A stretch of DNA of 64,000 bases from the NCBI GenBank assembly GCA_041601615.1, contig JBFIHX010000005.1, positions 128,001-192,000 on the forward strand, in the 5' to 3' direction. Shown piece after piece: positions 58,703 to 64,000 of the stretch; the first letter of the stretch is position 1, and each line of letters begins with the position of its first letter. Source of the stretch: Thermoplasmatota archaeon (GTDB lineage Archaea; Thermoplasmatota; E2; JACPAO01; JAHFTW01). A program made the translations under genes and the position numbers. The notes under the pieces are model-generated. The model made no database searches. It saw nothing but the letters and a program-made list of their open reading frames with translations, and had not been told where the DNA came from.

Positions 58703-60126
58703 CGGACTTGATTCTGAACTTCATCGCCGGTCGACCTGTGCCAGCGGCCAGCGGCAAGACCCTCCCTGACGTAGACCCCGCCACCGGCCAGGTCATTGCA
58801 GAGATTCCCCGCAGCAACGCCGACGACGTGGCCGCCGCTGTTGCCGCAGCCAAGGCCGCCCAACCTGCCTGGGCTGCCCGCAGCATCGAAGACCGGTGTG
58901 CCGTTTTGCACCGCATCGCCGACGGGCTCGAAGCGGAACTCGAAGCCCTCGCGGTCTTGGAAACCCGCGACTCCGGCAAACCGATCACCACCAGCCGCAC
59001 CGTGGACATTCCTCGCGCCGTGCGCAACTTCCGCTTCTTTGCCGACTTTGCCCGCGATTTTCGCGACGAGGAGCACGCCATGCCGGACGGCGGTCACAAC
59101 GTCACCCACCGCCGGCCTGTTGGCATCGTGGGGCTCATCACGCCCTGGAATCTGCCCCTGTACTTGTTGAGCTGGAAAGTGGCGCCCGCGCTCGCCATGG
59201 GCAACGCCATTGTCGCCAAACCCAGCGAAATGACGCCCGCGACGGCTTCCGCGCTTGCTCGCATCGCCAAGGATGCCGGCCTGCCTGATGGTCTGCTGAA
59301 CATCGTCCACGGCCTTGGCCCCGAAGCGGGGCAAGCGATTCTTGAGCACCCAGAAATTGGCGCCATCAGCTTCACGGGCGGCACGGCTACCGGCCGGCAC
59401 GTCGCTGCCACCGCAGCACCCTTGTTCAAGAAACTGAGCTTGGAACTGGGAGGCAAAAACCCCACCATGATTTTTGCCGACTGTGACATCGAAACCGCCG
59501 TGGCGGGAGCCACGAAAGCGGGCTTCACCAACACCGGCCAAGTATGCCTTTGCGGCAGCCGCATCCTCGTTGAAGCGCCGCTGTATGATGCCTTTGTGGT
59601 CGCCTTGCGCGACCGTGTGGCAGATATGAACGTGGGCGACCCCACGGACCCCGAAACCCAGCTTGGCGCCCTCATCAGCGAGGCGCACCGGGAGAAAGTA
59701 GAATCCTACATCCAGATCGCACGCGCCGAAGGCACCGTCACCGGCGGCGAACACCTGCACGGCCCAGGTGCGTACCTCACGCCCGCCGTCATCACCGACG
59801 TAGGGCAGGACAGTCGATGCGTGCAAGAGGAAATCTTTGGCCCCGTGGTCACCGTCCAACCGTTCTCGAACGAGGCGGAAGCAGTTCGCTTGGCCAACGA
59901 CATTCCCTACGGACTTTCTGCCAGCGTTTGGACTCCGGACGCGGACAAGGCGCAGCGCGTTGCACAAGCGCTTGATGTGGGCATGGTCTGGATCAACGAC
60001 TGGCTCGTGCGCGACCTCCGCGTGCCGTTTGGCGGCGTCAAGCAGAGCGGTGTTGGGCGCGAGGGTGGAAAATGGTCGTTGGAGTTCTTCAGCGAGGCGA
60101 TGAACATCTACCAGTCGCCCGCCTAG
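58699..60126 (+). CDS. 2-aminomuconate/2-hydroxymuconate semialdehyde dehydrogenase-like aldehyde dehydrogenase
   Basis: ITPWNLPL, FTGGT, LELGGKN, GQVCLCGSR, EEIFGP, WLVRDLRVPFGG; gene context. Confidence 0.88.
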   Translation: MTDLILNFIAGRPVPAASGKTLPDVDPATGQVIAEIPRSNADDVAAAVAAAKAAQPAWAARSIEDRCAVLHRIADGLEAELEALAVLETRDSGKPITTSRTVDIPRAVRNFRFFADFARDFRDEEHAMPDGGHNVTHRRPVGIVGLITPWNLPLYLLSWKVAPALAMGNAIVAKPSEMTPATASALARIAKDAGLPDGLLNIVHGLGPEAGQAILEHPEIGAISFTGGTATGRHVAATAAPLFKKLSLELGGKNPTMIFADCDIETAVAGATKAGFTNTGQVCLCGSRILVEAPLYDAFVVALRDRVADMNVGDPTDPETQLGALISEAHREKVESYIQIARAEGTVTGGEHLHGPGAYLTPAVITDVGQDSRCVQEEIFGPVVTVQPFSNEAEAVRLANDIPYGLSASVWTPDADKAQRVAQALDVGMVWINDWLVRDLRVPFGGVKQSGVGREGGKWSLEFFSEAMNIYQSPA

Positions 60127-60145
60127 CCCCAGGAATCGGCTGAGC

Positions 60146-60979
60146 CTACATGGACCAAAGCTGGATGTCGCCCACCTGAACCCGAGCGATGAGGTCCACT
60201 GGCACGCCGCCGTCCGTGTGGCCCCGGACGTATTCGCCCGGCATGTCCGTATTGCGGTCGTCCAGGTCAAATCCCGGGATTGCGACCTCGATTCCACCCA
60301 CCTGCACCTTCGCTTCGATGGTGTATGCGGGTCCTTTCGGAAGCGCCACCAGCAAGTTTCCCACCTGGACATGGGCCTCGATTTGGCTGGATTGGAGCGT
60401 GCCGAATCGAACCTCCGCGTCGCCGACACCGAGGCTCCAGGATTGGCTGCCCGCGCCCGCGAGTCCCGTTGCCATGAGTGTGCCCTGTCCAAGCGACACG
60501 TCATAGGATTGCGCAACACCCGCGGGCACGAGCACCACCACGTAGACCTGTGCCTCGTCGGAGTTGATCCAGTGGCTGCTGCGGCCGTGTGCCGTTTCCG
60601 CGAGCATCAACTGCGTTCCATCGCGCCGCAGCACAACATTCGTGCGGTCTTCGAGGTCATGCAAGCCGCTTCCGGGGGACCGAATGGAGACCTGGATGTC
60701 GATGGTCTCTTTTTCGTGCGGACGGATTACGACCGAACCAGCCACGATGCAGATGTGCAACCCTTCGCCGGGTTGGGTCCGGAAATCCAGGGTACGCTCC
60801 GTGGCACTTGTGCGCGAAACACCAGGTGCAACATCGAATGCGTCGGGAGCGTCGCAGGACTCGTTGGAAAATGATCCAATGAATTCGGGAAACAGCACAG
60901 GGCCAAGCGCGGTGGTGGACGCAAGCACCAACCCGATGAGGCTGCTGATGAGGAAGGCTCGGCTGCCAAAATAGCCCAT
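60146..60979 (-). CDS. Membrane-anchored beta-solenoid (DUF4097-like) protein
   Basis: N-terminal TM; repeated VQVGxI strands. Confidence 0.7.
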   Translation of the reverse strand: MGYFGSRAFLISSLIGLVLASTTALGPVLFPEFIGSFSNESCDAPDAFDVAPGVSRTSATERTLDFRTQPGEGLHICIVAGSVVIRPHEKETIDIQVSIRSPGSGLHDLEDRTNVVLRRDGTQLMLAETAHGRSSHWINSDEAQVYVVVLVPAGVAQSYDVSLGQGTLMATGLAGAGSQSWSLGVGDAEVRFGTLQSSQIEAHVQVGNLLVALPKGPAYTIEAKVQVGGIEVAIPGFDLDDRNTDMPGEYVRGHTDGGVPVDLIARVQVGDIQLWSM

Positions 60980-61209
60980 CAGCGCACCCCGGCTCGAACA
61001 GTTTCCACGATGCGGGTTGCGGTTGCACCAGCTTCGCGGCTGGCGACCAGTGTTTGGCTTCGAAGCTCGTGAAGGACCTCCATTGGGTCAGCGCCAGAGT
61101 TGGCAGATGCCTGTGCGGCATCCCGGGCGATGCGACCACGGTACACCAGCCAACCGCAACCAACGGAGGTGGCAAACAAACCGAGCGCGAGCAGGATGTC
61201 TAGGTGCAC
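60979..61209 (-). CDS. Small single-TM protein
   Basis: GGAGGT RBS; TM followed by a helical tail; operon-coupled. Confidence 0.55.
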   Translation of the reverse strand: MHLDILLALGLFATSVGCGWLVYRGRIARDAAQASANSGADPMEVLHELRSQTLVASREAGATATRIVETVRAGVR

Positions 61210-61210
61210 G

Positions 61211-61444
61211 CTACACCTCCTGCAACAACCTCTGCACATCGGCAAGGTTGGCTGCGAGCCTGCGGGTTTCCTCAAGCAGCTCCTTCTGGCCAGCAATTGC
61301 TTCCTCGGCGAGCTTCTGGAATTCGGAGTTGGGGCTGGACTGTGCTTGGGCTCGTGCTGTGAGGTGGTTGGTGATGAGCCACAAGGCGCCGAAAATGAGG
61401 GCCATTCCGGCCAGGGGCACGAGGATATCGAGCTCGCCGCTCAT
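61211..61444 (-). CDS. Small single-TM coiled-coil protein
   Basis: TM then EFQKLAEEAIAGQKELLEE...VQRLLQEV; ATGA overlap with the ArsR gene. Confidence 0.75.
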   Translation of the reverse strand: MSGELDILVPLAGMALIFGALWLITNHLTARAQAQSSPNSEFQKLAEEAIAGQKELLEETRRLAANLADVQRLLQEV

Positions 61445-61734
61445 GCGTCGGCCTCCACGGCTTTGGCGATGCGTTCGGGGTCCAGGTTCAGTTGGAAGGG
61501 TTTGATTTCGAAGTATTTCATGGCGTTTCCTCCTTGGAGTTCCATCTTTCCCTTGATGAGTCCGGCCGCTTCCAGCTTATCCAAGTGCATGTACAGCAGG
61601 GGGCGGCTGATGCCGACGCGGCGTGCCAATTCGCTCACGTGCAACCGTTCGCGGTGCAAGGCCGCAAGGATGCGCATCCGGTGGAGATTGTCCAGGGCGG
61701 AGAGCGTGGTCAGCAGGGCGTCGAGGTTCTTCAT
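61441..61734 (-). CDS. ArsR-like winged-HTH regulator (no Cys metal site)
   Basis: ALDNLHRMRIL, HVSELARRVGISRPLLYMHLDKLEAAGLI. Confidence 0.9.
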   Translation of the reverse strand: MKNLDALLTTLSALDNLHRMRILAALHRERLHVSELARRVGISRPLLYMHLDKLEAAGLIKGKMELQGGNAMKYFEIKPFQLNLDPERIAKAVEADA

Positions 61735-61763
61735 GGGGCATCGGGGGAACCCGTGTGATGGGG

Positions 61764-61790
61764 TGTAAGTTCCATATGACAGGTGTCATA
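61764..61790. promoter_or_regulatory. Palindromic operator candidate upstream of the ArsR-like gene
   Basis: TATGACA-GG-TGTCATA (61775-61790) overlapping TGT-N12-ACA. Confidence 0.55.
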
Positions 61791-61923
61791 GAAAAATATA
61801 ATCCCTCGGCCAAAACCCTCGCGCCGCACGCAAAAATCGGCGGGCCTCTCGAAGAGCCCGCAGCCGAAGTTGGGTCCGTTTTCAGTCCCAACCCTCAAAC
61901 CCCGTGCCCGCCCTCGCCGCACC

Positions 61924-62847
61924 GTGTCCAAGGGTCAGATTGTGGCTGGTTGTCTTGCCCCACACCCGCCGCACCTCGTGTACGCCGAGAACCCGCCCCA
62001 GAACGAACCCCGCAGCGAGGGCGGCTGGGAAACCATCCGCTGGGGCTACGAGCGCATGCGCCACAGCCTCGCCCGCGCCGGCCGCGACATCGACGTCATC
62101 CTCGTCCACAGCCCCCACTGGCGCACCCGCGTCGGACACCATTTCCTGGGCATCCCCGAATTCAAGAACCTCAGCGTCGACCCGATCTTCCCGAACCTGT
62201 TCCGGTTCCAAGCAGACTTCAAAGTGGACGTGGAACTCGCCGAGGAAATCGCCATGCGCGGCGCCGACAAGGGCCTCGTGACGAAGATGATGCGCAATCC
62301 CGACTTCCGCGTCGACTACGGAACCATCGCCGCCTGCCAAATGGTGCGCCCCGAATGGGACGTGCCCATCGTCGGCATCAGCAGCGCCAACGTCTACAAC
62401 GACTACAGCAACGAAGTGGGCCAAGCCCAACAACGGGCGCTTGGAGAGGCGACCCGCGAAGCCATCGAAGACTCGGGAAAACGGGCGCTTCTGCTTGCCA
62501 GCAACAGCATCAGCCACCGCCACTTCACCCGTGAACCCGCCGTGCCCGAGGACATGAGCCACGAGCACATCTACCACCACGGCCAGTACCAATGGGACAT
62601 GCACGCCATTCGCCTCATGCGCGACGGCAAGGCCAAGCAGTTGTTTGACGAATTGCCAGATCTCATCGACCAAGCTACGAGCGAAGCCGACGCCGGATGC
62701 CTAAGCTGGCTCCTGTCTGCGCTCGGGTTCCCCGACTACCCCGCCGAGTTGCACGGGTACGGCACCGTAATCGGGACCGGGAATGCGGTTGTGGAGTGGG
62801 ATCCCAATCCCGACACTCGTCAGGTCACCAGGAGGACGACCACATGA
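61924..62847 (+). CDS. amnB: 2-aminophenol 1,6-dioxygenase catalytic (beta) subunit-like, LigB family
   Basis: APHPPHLVYAENPPQNEP, VHSPHW, SVDPIFPNLFR, DYGTI, LHGYGTVIGTGNAVVEW: closely recalls AmnB/CnbCb. Confidence 0.9.
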   Translation: MSKGQIVAGCLAPHPPHLVYAENPPQNEPRSEGGWETIRWGYERMRHSLARAGRDIDVILVHSPHWRTRVGHHFLGIPEFKNLSVDPIFPNLFRFQADFKVDVELAEEIAMRGADKGLVTKMMRNPDFRVDYGTIAACQMVRPEWDVPIVGISSANVYNDYSNEVGQAQQRALGEATREAIEDSGKRALLLASNSISHRHFTREPAVPEDMSHEHIYHHGQYQWDMHAIRLMRDGKAKQLFDELPDLIDQATSEADAGCLSWLLSALGFPDYPAELHGYGTVIGTGNAVVEWDPNPDTRQVTRRTTT

Positions 62848-64000
62848 GCACGGGCGTCATCGCCGGGTTCGTTGTCCCCGGCTACCCCCACCCCCTCCTT
62901 GCCCGCGACCAAAACCCGGGCTACGGCCGCATCGCCGCCGCCTACGACACGGTCCGCCGCGAAATCGAGGCACTTTCACCGGACCTGATTCTCCTGTACA
63001 GCACCCAGTGGCTCTCGGTCATCGGCCACCAAGTGCAAGCGGACCCGGAGCCGGTCTGGACCCATGTGGACCAAGAATGGCACGAGCTGGGCTCGATTCC
63101 GTACAAGTTCCGCATGGACGCGGACTTCGGCGCCACCTACGTCGAAGCGGGACATGCCCGGGGCTTGGAAATGCGCACCGTCGCGTACCACGGCTTCCCC
63201 ATCGACACCGGCAGCGTCGTCGCCCTGAAGCTCCTGAATCCAGACAACAAGTTCCCCGCCTCGATCGTGAGCTGCAACATGTACGCCGACCGCGCCGAGA
63301 CCCTGGTGCTTGGCAAGGCCGCCCTCGACGCAATTCGGACTTCGGGCAAGCGCGTCGTGGCCATCGCCGTCACTGCCCTCTCCAACCGCGTCCTCACCAG
63401 CGTCGTGCCGTTCGAATCGGACCGCATCCACAGCCAAAAGGATGACGAGTGGAACCGCAAGTACCTCGAAATTCTTGGCGGCGGGCGGCTCGAAGACGCC
63501 GCGCAACTGGCCCGCACGTTTACAGCCCAAGCAGCCGGCGACCAGCGCATGAAGGCGATTTGGTGGCTCAATACCCTCATGGGCCAAACCAACCAACTCA
63601 CCGGGACCGTCCACGCCTATGAGCCCATCTACGGGACCGGAGCCGCTGTGCTGAGCCTCGTGCCCGCCCCCGCCGACACCGGGGAAGTGGAGTTCGATGA
63701 GGACGACGCAGAAGTCTACGGCGGCGACCGCAACGTCTTGGGAGGCGCGAATGTGTTTGAGGACCCAGACGGCCCCGTGCCGGTAGCTCCCGCGACGGCC
63801 GCCGCCCCGGTCAAAGCCCCGTCTCCCCCCGCATCGGGTGTTGTCGTGGCAGGCTCTGCCCCCAAACCCGTCGGTGCCTACCCCCACGCCCGCCGCGTCG
63901 GCGACACGCTCTACCTCTCCGGCCTCGGCCCCCGCGACCCCCGCGACAACAGTGTCCCCGGCGGTCCCGTCTGGAACGAGGCGGGCGAGCGCCAAGACTA
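62844..64000 (+). CDS. Dioxygenase alpha subunit (AmnA-like) fused to RidA-family 2-aminomuconate deaminase, partial
   Basis: Hand translation: MSTGVIAGFVVPGYPHPLL...YSTQWLSV...FPIDTG...PIYGTGAAV, an acidic/Pro linker, then APKPVGAYPHARRVGDTLYLSGLGPR in the same frame to the window end. Confidence 0.88.
   Translation, partial: MSTGVIAGFVVPGYPHPLLARDQNPGYGRIAAAYDTVRREIEALSPDLILLYSTQWLSVIGHQVQADPEPVWTHVDQEWHELGSIPYKFRMDADFGATYVEAGHARGLEMRTVAYHGFPIDTGSVVALKLLNPDNKFPASIVSCNMYADRAETLVLGKAALDAIRTSGKRVVAIAVTALSNRVLTSVVPFESDRIHSQKDDEWNRKYLEILGGGRLEDAAQLARTFTAQAAGDQRMKAIWWLNTLMGQTNQLTGTVHAYEPIYGTGAAVLSLVPAPADTGEVEFDEDDAEVYGGDRNVLGGANVFEDPDGPVPVAPATAAAPVKAPSPPASGVVVAGSAPKPVGAYPHARRVGDTLYLSGLGPRDPRDNSVPGGPVWNEAGERQD

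Overview
GC-rich archaeal chromosome segment, most consistent with Thermoplasmatota (Trm1, Trm112, archaeal NTPase, archaeal type II GAPDH-like gene, LxGC lipoproteins, TATA-like boxes just upstream of start codons). Housekeeping genes (hbd, thiolase, carA/carB, class Ia nrdB/nrdA, rlmE, trm1) are interleaved with many secreted or surface proteins (gluzincin, two FG-GAP/PKD proteins, two subtilases, a tyrosinase-like protein) and a 2-aminophenol meta-cleavage-type cluster with an AmnA-RidA fusion. Four signals are not explained by ordinary annotation. (1) A two-cassette integron-type array without an integrase (two attC sites with matching core sites) lies between nrdB and nrdA and carries a Swt1-like HEPN gene and an archaeal lipoprotein. 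(2) A 12-codon Cys-rich gene (MDPNCNCPPGCC) with a perfect GGAGGTGA ribosome-binding site is divergent from a metal-sensing ArsR across a shared palindromic operator. (3) The carB 5' end occurs in three tandem copies separated by hairpin-rich spacers. (4) There are uncharacterised paralog clusters: three small secreted CxDC proteins, and two long Ala-rich membrane-anchored proteins flanked by five regulators. All family calls come from motif recognition by eye; no searches were run.
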